DNA of 64,000 nucleotides from an uncultured Verrucomicrobiae bacterium (GTDB lineage Bacteria; Verrucomicrobiota; Verrucomicrobiia; Chthoniobacterales; Xiphinematobacteraceae): NCBI GenBank assembly GCA_963706715.1, contig CAVPNI010000001.1, positions 733,289 to 797,288 of the forward strand, read 5' to 3'. Shown piece by piece: positions 55,060 to 64,000 of this stretch (position 1 is its first letter; each line of letters starts with the position of its first letter). The notes under the pieces were generated by a model. It saw only the letters and a program-made list of their open reading frames with translations, ran no database searches and was not told where the DNA came from. The position numbers and the translations under genes were made by a program.

Positions 55060-56070
55060 TTAGAGCAGAGATTGGGCGACACTGAAATAACAAAATAACG
55101 TGCAGACATCTGCAAGGGCAAGCGTCAAAGGACCGGAAGCGACCCGCGGGTCCAGGTGAAGCCAACGTAAAATTGACGGGATACCCAAGCCGATAATGCA
55201 AGCGCAAATCATTGAAGTTAAAACTGATAATCCAATTGCCAGAGCTGCCCAGGTGTCTCCTTTACTCAGCCATACGATGATTCCAACCATTGCTCCACAG
55301 GCGAAGCCGAGCAGAAACGCGGAAAAAAACTCTTTTTTGATAGCAGCAAGAAACCATCGGGCAGTGACCTGGCCTCCATGCAACTGTTGCAAGACAAGAG
55401 CCATGGATTGGGCGCTGACACTTTCTCCCAGTCCGAGGACCAATGTCATGAAGAGCGCCAAAATAATGCGGCTTTCCAATGTTGTGGCGAAATGATTGGA
55501 AACCGCCGCACACAGCATCCCACCACCAATAGTGGTCAGGAGCCAGGGAAAGCGGTAGCGAAACGCTTTCCAGGCTGACGCATTTCTCAGCTCACCAACA
55601 TGAAAACCAATTGTTTGAAAAATCTCATCTGCCCTGGGTTTATCATCGAATGAAAGCATCTCCTCCGTAAAGACGCCGATGTCGACAACTCCTGTCAACC
55701 GGCGGTTGGCATCCACGATGGGTATCGCTAAAAGTTTATAGAGTACGAAAAGTTCACATGCATCTAGAAGAGAGGCTGTTTCGGGGACGGAGACAACACG
55801 CCGGATCATGAGTTCCGAAAGTTTTTTTTCCGGCGGGGCGGTCAAAATCCGGCGTGATGGCAATACGCCCACCAGCCGTCCTTCGGCGTCACCGACATAA
55901 AAATAAACCACACCATCCGGCAGACCTTCTTTCCGAATCGAATCCAATGCGTCGGCGACGGAGCTTTCATCTCGCAACAGAGAAAACTCGCTTTTAGCGA
56001 ACAGCTTAACCGGCTTTTTTAGATGTTCAGAAAAATCTTCTGCCATAACGTCTTCACCTTCATAGAGCAT
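55060..56070 (-). CDS. mgtE: MgtE-type magnesium transporter (CBS pair + MgtE membrane domain)
   Basis: CBS pair (...MIRRVVSVPETASLLDACELF..YKLLAIPIVDANRRLTGVVDI) followed by 5 TM segments with ...GLGESVSAQSMALV... The start is uncertain (56070, 56046 or 56178). The product is shorter than canonical MgtE and has no clear N-domain. Confidence 0.75.
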   Translation of the reverse strand: MLYEGEDVMAEDFSEHLKKPVKLFAKSEFSLLRDESSVADALDSIRKEGLPDGVVYFYVGDAEGRLVGVLPSRRILTAPPEKKLSELMIRRVVSVPETASLLDACELFVLYKLLAIPIVDANRRLTGVVDIGVFTEEMLSFDDKPRADEIFQTIGFHVGELRNASAWKAFRYRFPWLLTTIGGGMLCAAVSNHFATTLESRIILALFMTLVLGLGESVSAQSMALVLQQLHGGQVTARWFLAAIKKEFFSAFLLGFACGAMVGIIVWLSKGDTWAALAIGLSVLTSMICACIIGLGIPSILRWLHLDPRVASGPLTLALADVCTLFCYFSVAQSLL

Positions 56071-56161
56071 GCTAACTAGAATTCTCAAGCTTTGACGCGG
56101 GACATTTTCTAAGCTTAATGCTTGCCTCCTTAAGTGTGACTTACTCTCATAGCATCCAGCC

Positions 56162-56611
56162 ATGAAGAGCAATCTCATTTATATCCTGCTAGCTTCCCCT
56201 CGCAGTGTGGCTCCATCCCTGCTTCGCTGGACGCTTGCAGCGGCTCTTTTTTTAGAAATCGCCAGGACCGCACTTTGGGCAGCGGGAATAGTCCAGTGGC
56301 AAGTTGACCCCGTGCTCAAGGCATTTTCCAATAATCTTTTTCCGTTCCTCGCTACGCCATTTGCGATCTCAAGAATTGTTGTGGGCGCTGGGTTGTTAAT
56401 GGGATTTTTTACCCGCATTTGGGCTATCCTGACCGTGTTCTTAGCCGTCTTGGGCTACCAGACGATGCATGGAGTCATGGAGGATCACATCTATTTGCTG
56501 GAACATTTAGTGGTCGTTTGTGGTGCCGCATTGGCGCTGGTGGTGCTGGGAGGAGGGCGAGGTTCGCTCGATAAAGCGATCAGCGGACATCTTCTGCCGA
56601 GAATCGGCTGA
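56162..56611 (+). CDS. Small integral membrane protein, DoxX-like
   Basis: 149 aa with four predicted TM helices and a ...VVGAGLLMGFFTRIWAIL... pattern similar to the DoxX family. Confidence 0.45.
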   Translation: MKSNLIYILLASPRSVAPSLLRWTLAAALFLEIARTALWAAGIVQWQVDPVLKAFSNNLFPFLATPFAISRIVVGAGLLMGFFTRIWAILTVFLAVLGYQTMHGVMEDHIYLLEHLVVVCGAALALVVLGGGRGSLDKAISGHLLPRIG

Positions 56612-56671
56612 ATCCAAAGGTTGACTCATTGCGCTTTCTACGTTTGACTATTTGGCTTGGGGTTCCATGAC

Positions 56672-56745
56672 GCGGGTATAGCTTAGTGGTAAAGTTCCAG
56701 CCTTCCAAGCTGGCCAGGAGGGTTCGATTCCCTCTACCCGCTCCA
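56672..56745 (+). tRNA. tRNA-Gly (anticodon UCC), CCA encoded
   Basis: Manual fold: acceptor GCGGGTA/TACCCGC, anticodon stem CCAGC/GCTGG with loop CTTCCAA (TCC), T arm GAGGG-TTCGATT-CCCTC, discriminator T, CCA. Confidence 0.9.
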
Positions 56746-56768
56746 CTCTGAAGAGTGGATTTTTTTTG
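56742..56768 (+). terminator. Rho-independent terminator after tRNA-Gly
   Basis: ccactc-tgaa-gagtgg followed by attttttttgg. Confidence 0.7.
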
Positions 56769-57093
56769 GCCAAAACGTGACAAAAGCGTGACCAAAGTTC
56801 CCAAATTGTTGCCGGTGTTTGAGGGTGTCCATTACGATAAATGTCACGTTCAGTCACGATTCCAATAGACAAGAACCCTGCCAAAAAATGGTTCTTCCGG
56901 AAAAATAGTGGATAACCCAGCCAAATTTCCACAATACAATTACCCCACCTTGACTGACAGGCACGCACTATTTTTTTGTTGAGGAGCTTTTTTTTAAAAA
57001 GGAGAAGCTAGAAAAAAGAGATGAAAGACAATGAGTGAGGTGTGTCAAAATCTTGGACCAGTCAAATAAGAGAATAAGAGAGAAAGGTCCAAA

Positions 57094-57405
57094 ATGGAGA
57101 AAAGACAGAAATATAGCAAAGAGTTCAAAGTAACGGCCGTGGAGCTAGTAAAAACAGGGAAGCCTATCCCGGAAGTAGCCGAGGAATTGGCTATAGGAAC
57201 AGGAGTACTCTACCGCTGGGTAACACAAGCCAATAAGCATATAGAGATTGGAATCCAAGGAGTTGTAGGCGTAAGCGAGCAGACCGTAACAAACGAGCTC
57301 CAGGGGCTTCGGCGCGAGAACGCCCGGCTCAGACTCGAGAATGACATTTTAAAAAAGGCAGCCGTTATTCTGGGCAACAGTCCCCTGCACAGTGCCGCAA
57401 GATGA
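57094..57405 (+). CDS. IS3 OrfA (HTH transposase subunit)
   Basis: MEKRQKYSKEFKVTAVELV.....PEVAEELAIGTGVLYRWV and a leucine-zipper-like tail LQGLRRENARLRLENDILKKAA. Confidence 0.85.
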   Translation: MEKRQKYSKEFKVTAVELVKTGKPIPEVAEELAIGTGVLYRWVTQANKHIEIGIQGVVGVSEQTVTNELQGLRRENARLRLENDILKKAAVILGNSPLHSAAR

Positions 57406-58259
57406 TTTTAGAAATCCAAGAAAAAACAGGGGTCAGTCTTCGTAAAATCTGCAATACCCTGAGTGTCCCACGGAGTAGTTTTTATCATGCAGCCGAAGCT
57501 AGCCCCATGCAGCTTTCTGAGAAGAAAATGGGGGAGCAGATCGAGATCATATTTAAGCGCCATTGTGGACGTTATGGTCATCGCAGGATTCGCAGACAAA
57601 TGGCGGAAGAAGGAGTCATTTGTTCGCCGAGGCATATTCGTAGACTGATGAAAAAGAGAGGATTGCGAGCTATACAGCCTAAAAATTTCATTCCTAAAAC
57701 CAGCGATGGAAAGGCATTGAACCCTGCCCCTAATCTTTTGGCTAATCGCCCCTTACCTTCCTTACCTAACCAAGTCTGGACTGCTGATATTACCTATATT
57801 CCGAGTGCTGTAGGATGATTTTACTTGGCTGTAGTGATGGATCTTTGTACCCGTAAAATTTTGGGATGGAAACTGGCTGATCACATGCGCTCGGAGTTAG
57901 TTCTTGAAGCATTCGCGCAGGCGCTAGGTTCCACAAAATCCATAAAATCTGCCATTTTCCACAGTGATCGGGGTAGTCAATATGGTTCTAAGGCTTTCCG
58001 AGCTGCTCTTCAGCAGGCTGGCTTCTCACAAAGCATGTCAGCACGCTCTAATCCCTATGATAATGCCTGGACTGAGTCTTTCTTTGGCACCCTTAAACGA
58101 GAAATGCTTCAAGGGGGCTCTTTTGAAAACCTTCAAGATGCTCATACTGAACTCTTTGAGTATATTCATGGCTATTACAATACTCATCGTAAGCACTCTT
58201 CCCTCAATTACATGACTCCGGATCTTTTTGAGCGAAATTGTCTTACCCTTGCTGCATAA
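57402..58259 (+). pseudogene. IS3 OrfB (DDE transposase) with an in-frame TGA replacing a conserved Trp
   Basis: ...NQVWTADITYIPSAVG*FYLAVVMDLCTRKILGW...HSDRGSQYGS..F...L...G..QSMSARSNPYDNAWTESFF.TLK.E. The stop at 57816-57818 sits where IS3 OrfBs have W (..EGWLYLA..). Both track ORFs are in the same frame. Confidence 0.85.
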
Positions 58260-58459
58260 ATACATGAAAATCACCCATTGCTTTTTCATGCCGGGGCGAA
58301 GCCTACGGCTGAGGCGAACAGTGGCGCTTCTGCGAGCCCAACAAGCTCGCAGAACTTGCGCCAAGCAAGAGCCACTGACGGTGTGAGAAAGCAATTTTCA
58401 TCACCACAAAATTTAACTGCTTTAAGCAACAAAGTGGTCCAAAAAAGGGTTGCACCTCA

Positions 58460-59175
58460 ATGATCTGAATGGGGAAAATCCACGTGTACTTGAAGTGGTC
58501 ATGCAGCGAGATAGCCAAGCTGCTGAACTACTCTGGGAAACACTTCCTGAAGAAGCCCCTCAGAGTATCCAGGCTGTATGTTTGGATATGAGCGGCATCT
58601 ACCGCGAAGTGGCTACTGAGATGGTACCACAGGCTAAAATCGTTCATGATAAATTCCATGTTTCCAAACACCTCAATGAGGCTGTGGATAAAGTGCGGCG
58701 ACGGGAAAATAAAACTCTGAAAGCCAAGGGCGATCAACGACTCAAAGGAGCACGCCAGCTTTTTCTTTTTTCCCCAGAGAACCTTCCTCAAAAACATATT
58801 GAAGACTTTGAGCGGCTAAAAAACTCCGATCTGAAGGCAGCTCGTGCCTGGGCCATTAAGGAAAGTTTTCGCGCTTTTTGGAAATGCTGCTCTGTTTCTG
58901 AAGCTCAGGAGGTTTTCAAAAAATGGTATGATTGGGCCGCGAGATGCCAACTCCAAGAAATAAAAAAAGTAGCTAAAATGCTCAAAAACCATCTCGATGG
59001 ACTGCTCAACTTCATGTCCTTCTCTATTACAAACGCCGTGGCTGAGGGCTTTAACTCTAAAATCCAATCGATCAAATCCGCTGCCAGAGGTTTTAAAAAT
59101 TTCCTTAATTATCGGACTCGCATCCTTTTCTTTTGCGGTAAACTCAATCTTTTTCCGGCCATTTATCCATTATAA
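58460..59175 (+). pseudogene. ISL3 transposase, C-terminal ~240 codons only
   Basis: ...IQAVCLDMSGIYREVATEMVPQAKIVHDKFHVSKHLNEAVDKVRR...ITNAVAEGFNSKIQSIKSAARGFKNFLNYRTRILF is the DDE_Tnp_ISL3 pattern. Confidence 0.85.
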
Positions 59176-59193
59176 TCCCGGAAGAACCGAATA

Positions 59194-59440
59194 AGTGCGA
59201 GTACCCTTCGGTCATTCGCTCGTCCGTATGTTCCGCTAATGCTCTCCTCAACTCTAAGGAAACCATGATTGCTTTTCGAGTATTTTGAGGCCCATTTCCC
59301 GAAACGTGTAAAAGAGGAGACTCTGCGGATTGCTGAAGGCTTTTCATCAGTAGTTTGATTGGAGTTCATCTTGAGCCCAGCGCTCGCCTGTTGACTCCAA
59401 GTAATTGTTGTCGTAGACACAACCATTTTAAAGTGGAACA
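59194..59440 (-). pseudogene. Tyrosine recombinase C-terminal remnant (frameshifted)
   Basis: The minus frame gives ...LRRALAEHTDERMTEGYSHL (compare ..LLGHS...MT..Y.HL with the catalytic Tyr). Another frame gives SFTRFGKWASKY (compare TFHDLRHTFAS). It abuts the ISL3 right IR. Confidence 0.4.
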
Positions 59441-62400
59441 TACGCACATTGTTACAGCGGAAGATCTGGCAAACTATGCTGACAAAAACGACAGTGTAGG
59501 TGTCATTCCCGAGCTGATTTGGATGTTAGTTAGAGAATCAATCCTAGAAATAACAACCTGTCGCATTCCATACGGAGATTCCATTAATCAGCCTGGCTGG
59601 GACGGGTGGATCGAAACTGCAAACGGATTTCGTCAATTCATTCCACCAGGGAGAAGTTGTTGGGAAATTGGAACGGGCAAAGATCCTCAAAAAAAAGCAA
59701 CCGAGGACTTTAAGAAGCGTACCTTGGAGATAGCTTCTTCAGAAGCTAAAGAAGCGACTTATGTTGTCGTAACTCCACGTCAATGGAGTCAGTCCGCGCA
59801 AACAAAATGGGTCAATAAACGCAAAGCATCTGGTTGGAAAGAAATTAAAATTTTAGATGGTGTAGTGTTAGCTGATTGGTTAAGAGAATTTCCAGCCATT
59901 GGGAAATGGCTTCTAAAGAAAATGGGTCTTGTCAGAAGTTGCTCTGGCTTCTCAACTCCAGCGGAACATTGGGAAAATATAAAAAGTATTACACATCCTC
60001 CTTTGCCACCGGAACTTTTTTTTTGGAACAGAACAGAGGCGAGTCTCAAACTGTTTGAGCTCTTACGGGGTACCATAAAACAAATTTCGTTAACTACGGA
60101 AGGTGAAAATGATGTAGAGGACTTCGTCGCAGCTTGTTTGACTAATTCGAATGGAGCCAATAACAAGGTACTATTCGTAAGAAATCCAGATATTTGGTAT
60201 ACTTTAGTTAAATTGCGGACTGCGCATGTTCTTGTGGTTCATCCTACGATGGGCTTCACCTATTCAGACGGAAAGTTGCATGCCGCTATCAACGCAGGGC
60301 ATCGCATTATTATTTCTACAACAGGTCCTTGCTTTGCTGGAAATATAACTTCCCTTAAGCTACAGCACCCATCCGCTTCGCATATCGAACGGGTCCTCAG
60401 CAGAGCAGGCTTCAACGAGGATACTGCGACAGAATTGTCGAAGATAGGAGCACAAAATCTTAATAGATTAAAGCGTCATCTACGTGGTTTGGGAGAGATG
60501 CCGCCATATACTAGATGGGGCGATGCTCATCTATTGGTGCATGCGATGCTGATAGGTAAATGGGATAGCAAAAATGTGACAGATAGGAAAATAGTAGCAA
60601 CCCTGACACAGAAATCATACGAAGAGTGGATCGATTTAATTCGACATTTAACGTTCAAAACGGAATCGCCTTTAATACAATATAATGGATGCTGGAGGAT
60701 GATTTCTCGCAGAGAAGTGTATACGGCACTGGGCCCGCAGATATTGCTTCAAGAGGTAATTTTATTTCGGAAAATCGCAATTGCTATCCTCGCAGAACGT
60801 AATTCAATTTACGATTCTTTATCGAAAAACAGCGAACACTTGGTTGCTTTCGGGGATGGATTTGAACATTCTAACACGATTCGAGAGGGGGTAGCAGAAA
60901 TGTTAGCGTTTCTTGGAAGCGGACCTGAAGCCTTGACTCAGTGTTCGAGTTATGAAGTGGAATCCATCGTACAGTATGCGGTGCAACAACTATTTGAAAA
61001 TGCAGATTGGGTAGTTTGGGCAAGTCTACAATATCAGTTACCTTTGCTCGCAGAGGCGGCGCCTGAAAAATTTTTGACTGCGATAGAAAATGCTCTTACG
61101 GACGGTGCGGGAAGTGCTATAAATATTCTTCTAACAAAGACGTTTTCTGATAACATTAGCGGGCACGATTATGCATCCGGCCTTATAGTAGCGTTGGAAA
61201 CTCTGTCGTGGAACGACGAATATTTTCCGCGTACTACTTTAATATTAAGTGAACTTGCAACCATGATTCCGAATCCGGATCGTTGGTCTCCATATTCTAA
61301 TCCGCTAGATTCATTGATATCTGTCTTCCTTACACAATATTCGCAAACATATGCCTCGGCTTTGCAGCGAAAAGACGTGTTGAAATTAATTTTGCAAGAA
61401 CAACCCAAAGTTGGTTGGAAGCTGTTACTGTCTCTTTTATTAATCGGCCATACATCCCATGTAAAGTGTTGTCGCAAGCCTGAATGGCGACAGTTTATGC
61501 CAAAGAATTGGCCCGAAAAAATTATTGAGGCCGATCATAAAAACGAGATTCGTGGGTATGCTGATTTGGCGTTTGAGTTCGCTCACATTGATTTAAACAA
61601 AATGGCAGACCTTATTGAGAAATTACCATCTTTCCCGAGTTTCATTCGTTTGCGCATTTTTGATTACTTAACTTCGGAGACTATACTGTGTCGCCCTGAA
61701 CAGGACCGCTTGCCCCTTTGGGAGGCTCTAGTTAAGTTATCTTTCAAACATCGTAATGCTACGAATAAAGATGCACATTGCGCGATGTCGGTGGAAATGA
61801 TTATCGAAATTGAAAGAGTAGCTTTCCAACTGGCGCCAAAAAACCCTCGATTTACTTATCGGCGGTATTTTAATGGGCATTTTAATTTCACACTATTCGT
61901 ACTAGAGGGAAATAGCGAGAACAGAGAGAAAATGTATAATTTACAACGACAGGCAGTATGTACAATCTTCGCATTGCAGCAGATTGGAGGAATCTTAGAA
62001 TTTGCGCGAGATGTGAAGGAACCAGAGGCCGTAGGACTTGCATTTGGTCAGATTGACTCAAACGTCGCAGATGCGATAATACTCCCGTATTATTTAGGCG
62101 AAAAGGACGGCGTGCCATCGGAATTTGTTTCTGGCTTCATTGCCGGAAGGTTTCAGACTGGGAGTTGGCAGTGGGTTAATGGGATGATAGACGCAAAGTG
62201 GACTGCTAAGCAAAAAGCGGAATTTTTTTCAAAACTTCCATTTTACCATGAAACCTGGCGGAGGGCTGAGAAGGAATTAGGTCAATACGCTAGTGCGTAT
62301 TGGGAGAAGGTCGAAGTTGAGTCCTATGATGTCAATACTCTGGGAGAGCATTGCACGGAAGCAGTAGGCAGACTTCTACAATTCCATCAGCCCGGTAAAG

Positions 62401-63224
62401 CGCTAATCTGCCTCAATAGACTCATCTGTAAAGAAATACCATTTCCAGCCATTCTCGCTGTGCAAACCTTGAAGGAGCGTTTGCTTATGTCAAAACTACC
62501 GCGAGTCTTGGAGATTGACATATTCTCGAGAGTTATTGGTTGGTTGCAAAGGGATCCATCTGTAGACCAAGCAACTCTCATCGAAATAGAACAAGCCTTT
62601 TTTCCCCTGTTTAGTCACTACGGCAATGCAAGACCTAAAAGTCTCGAGATGCGTTTAGCAATGGAACCAATTTTTTTTTGTGAGATAATATCCAAAAAAT
62701 ATGGATTGGCCAATCATCTAAATAAAGACTGTGAGTCGAGAGAAATTGCAGAAGCGTCATCACAGAAGGCAGCTGAATTACTTGATCTTTGGAGGATCGT
62801 TCCGGGAACTCTTTTGACGGGCGGATTTGATAAAATGGCATTTGAGCATTGGCTGAAGACAGTTCGGAGCTGGAGTATCGAAAATCAATGTTTGAAAATT
62901 GTATTATATCAAATTGGACAAATTTTGCCGTTTGCTCCTCCGGATCCCGATGGGTTATGGATTCACCGTACAATCGCTACGGCGTTAAATGCCAGGGGTG
63001 CCGAAGCAATACGAAATGGCTTCGTTTGCCGGTTGCTGAGCATGGGCAATGCAACGCAAAACATCACTGGAATGGAGGGAGAGCTAGCAGTTCGCTACTA
63101 CAGACATGCGAATGATCTTGAGCAGGTGCAATTTCATTGGTTTGCAGCTGCCATGCGCGGGCTGGCAAAAGAATATCAGCAGATCATGGAGTGCTCCCTG
63201 GGATACGAATCTTTCCGCGACTAA
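59433..63224 (+). CDS. Large orphan protein (~1,260 aa): compact N-terminal domain plus a long all-alpha repeat region
   Basis: The ORF is open from 59355. The GTG at 59433 is preferred because the upstream part overlaps the integrase remnant. N-domain: AEDLANYADK..GVIPELIWMLVRESI...RIPYGDSINQPGWDGWIE...FIPPGRSCWEIGTGKDPQKKATEDFKKRT. There is no Walker A, no TM segment and no signal peptide. Confidence 0.7.
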   Translation: MEHTHIVTAEDLANYADKNDSVGVIPELIWMLVRESILEITTCRIPYGDSINQPGWDGWIETANGFRQFIPPGRSCWEIGTGKDPQKKATEDFKKRTLEIASSEAKEATYVVVTPRQWSQSAQTKWVNKRKASGWKEIKILDGVVLADWLREFPAIGKWLLKKMGLVRSCSGFSTPAEHWENIKSITHPPLPPELFFWNRTEASLKLFELLRGTIKQISLTTEGENDVEDFVAACLTNSNGANNKVLFVRNPDIWYTLVKLRTAHVLVVHPTMGFTYSDGKLHAAINAGHRIIISTTGPCFAGNITSLKLQHPSASHIERVLSRAGFNEDTATELSKIGAQNLNRLKRHLRGLGEMPPYTRWGDAHLLVHAMLIGKWDSKNVTDRKIVATLTQKSYEEWIDLIRHLTFKTESPLIQYNGCWRMISRREVYTALGPQILLQEVILFRKIAIAILAERNSIYDSLSKNSEHLVAFGDGFEHSNTIREGVAEMLAFLGSGPEALTQCSSYEVESIVQYAVQQLFENADWVVWASLQYQLPLLAEAAPEKFLTAIENALTDGAGSAINILLTKTFSDNISGHDYASGLIVALETLSWNDEYFPRTTLILSELATMIPNPDRWSPYSNPLDSLISVFLTQYSQTYASALQRKDVLKLILQEQPKVGWKLLLSLLLIGHTSHVKCCRKPEWRQFMPKNWPEKIIEADHKNEIRGYADLAFEFAHIDLNKMADLIEKLPSFPSFIRLRIFDYLTSETILCRPEQDRLPLWEALVKLSFKHRNATNKDAHCAMSVEMIIEIERVAFQLAPKNPRFTYRRYFNGHFNFTLFVLEGNSENREKMYNLQRQAVCTIFALQQIGGILEFARDVKEPEAVGLAFGQIDSNVADAIILPYYLGEKDGVPSEFVSGFIAGRFQTGSWQWVNGMIDAKWTAKQKAEFFSKLPFYHETWRRAEKELGQYASAYWEKVEVESYDVNTLGEHCTEAVGRLLQFHQPGKALICLNRLICKEIPFPAILAVQTLKERLLMSKLPRVLEIDIFSRVIGWLQRDPSVDQATLIEIEQAFFPLFSHYGNARPKSLEMRLAMEPIFFCEIISKKYGLANHLNKDCESREIAEASSQKAAELLDLWRIVPGTLLTGGFDKMAFEHWLKTVRSWSIENQCLKIVLYQIGQILPFAPPDPDGLWIHRTIATALNARGAEAIRNGFVCRLLSMGNATQNITGMEGELAVRYYRHANDLEQVQFHWFAAAMRGLAKEYQQIMECSLGYESFRD

Positions 63225-63418
63225 AAGAAGAAGATATATTCGGGAGAAGGATCCAGTACAAATTAGATTTGAACCGAGGTTGTTTGTTGCCCACCAATAA
63301 GTTGAATCATAGTAAGGTAGGAACGCGTGAGATACAAGTATCTGTTAAATCGAAACAACCACTAGAGCATTTTACATTTAAGTAGATACGATTGAACCTG
63401 GTATGCTAAAAAGAACGA

Positions 63419-64000
63419 ATGGCGAAGGCATATTCCAAAGATTTAAGAGAACGAGCATTGAGAGCAATAGATCGAGGAGAGAAACCTGGGACAATAGCCA
63501 AAAAACTTGAAGTGAGCCGCCAATGGGTACATCGGTTAAAAAAACGATCTGAAGAAACCGGAGAACGCGGGAGTTTTCCAATGGGCGGGCATCGCAAGAG
63601 CCGAATTGGGCATCTTGAAGCCGAGATTGGAAGCTGGGTAGAAGAGCAACCGGGAATCACATTACGGGAAATGAGTGAAAAATTGGAGAAAGAGCACGCA
63701 ATCTTAATAGACATCCACAGTTTATGGCATCGATTAAAAAAATGGGGCATTACCTATAAAAAAAAAGCCTGCGGGCCACCGAACAAGATCGGCCAGATGT
63801 ACAACAAGCCAGAAAGGAGTGGAAAGAAAACCAACCTACCATGGCAACAGATCGGCTTTTCTTTCTGGATGAAAGCGGAGTCAATACCAAAATGATTCGC
63901 CTTTATGGCCGCTCTCGAAAGGGAATGCGGTGCATGGATAAAGTCCCTCATGGAAATTGGAAAACAAGCACCTTCATTGCAACTTTGTCTCATGATGGTC
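63419..64000 (+). mobile_element. IS630-family transposase gene (partial, runs off the window) with a -1 frameshift site at an A9 run
   Basis: Frame 0 reads MAKAYSKDLRERALRAIDRGEKPGTIAKKLEVSRQWVHRLKKR... (HTH) ...WGITYKKK. After the A9 run at 63758-63766, the -1 frame reads KKSLRATEQDRPDVQQARKEWKENQPTMATDRLFFLDESGVNTKMIRLYGRSRKGMRCMDKVPHGNWKTSTFIATLSHDG, which is the start of the DDE domain. Confidence 0.85.

Larger units (their letters stand above)
57036..58459 (+). mobile_element. IS3-family insertion sequence (1,424 bp)
   Basis: Imperfect ~25-bp IRs: tgaggtgtgtcaaaatcttggacca (57036-57060) and the reverse complement of tggtccaaaaaagggttgcacctca (58435-58459). It has the OrfA/OrfB organisation with an A6G slippery heptamer at 57351-57357. 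Confidence 0.8.
56890..59188 (+). mobile_element. ISL3-family element, defective (IS3 inserted; 5' half of the transposase gene lost)
   Basis: Terminal IRs are ggttcttccggaaaaatagtggataa (56890-) and the reverse complement of ccatttatccattataatcccggaagaacc (-59188), matching at about 22 of 26 positions. The 8-bp flanks differ, so no target-site duplication (TSD) is evident. Confidence 0.7.

Noticed and set aside
55019-55207. A 63-codon N-terminal extension of ilvB in the ORF track (start at 55207).
   Set aside because: It overlaps the 3' end of mgtE on the same strand. It has no similarity to AHAS N-termini, and its composition is Cys/Arg-rich (CPCRCLHVILLFQCRP). The ATG at 55018 or 54946 precedes the conserved GAEILIHCLE...PGG motif.
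56746-56900. A possible integrase start (MSRSVTIPIDKNPAKKWFFRK) immediately downstream of tRNA-Gly.
   Set aside because: The second half of this reading is the ISL3 left inverted repeat (ggttcttccgg at 56890-56900). The remaining 16 codons are too short to call. Integrase debris is better supported at 59194-59440 and 50372-50647.
57816-57818. TGA inside IS3 OrfB interpreted as a Trp codon (an alternative genetic code).
   Set aside because: TGA is used as a genuine stop by several well-supported genes in the window (secretin 1, the ClpX-like gene, IS3 OrfA, rho). A single nonsense mutation is the simpler explanation.

Overview
This 64-kb window comes from a moderately AT-rich bacterial chromosome. 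TPR-secretins, autotransporters, an ECF sigma module and starts that mostly lack a Shine-Dalgarno sequence suggest a PVC-group or Verrucomicrobia-like organism; this is inference only. Housekeeping blocks (comM, lipA, recR, a class III cyclase, a ClpX-like ATPase, an RluA-family synthase, coaE-rho, ilvB, mgtE, tRNA-Gly) alternate with accessory DNA in five groups. (1) A 771-codon toxin-like ORF runs off the left edge and is missing from the ORF track. (2) An AT-richer cluster of ORFan genes (4.4-14.7 kb) includes an autotransporter and a collagen-like protein. (3) Three paralogous ~1,350-aa repeat proteins share a Gly-rich hinge, and two of them share a 1.39-kb near-identical block. (4) An ECF sigma, anti-sigma and catalytically dead HtrA-like protein lie upstream of the third giant gene, a membrane protein and two translationally coupled secretins. 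(5) There is heavy mobile-element debris: two related TA-flanked MITE families (5 copies), two short hairpin repeat families, IS110, ISL3 x2, IS3 x3 fragments or copies, IS630 and integrase remnants. It flanks a tRNA-Gly-proximal island carrying a 1,260-aa orphan protein. The most interesting candidate for something undescribed is the giant paralog family together with about 8 signal-peptide-less ORFs that share a polar N-terminal leader ending in an RR motif. These sit near orphan tandem secretins and an ECF/pseudo-protease module. No homology search was possible, so all family calls rest on motifs read from the translations.
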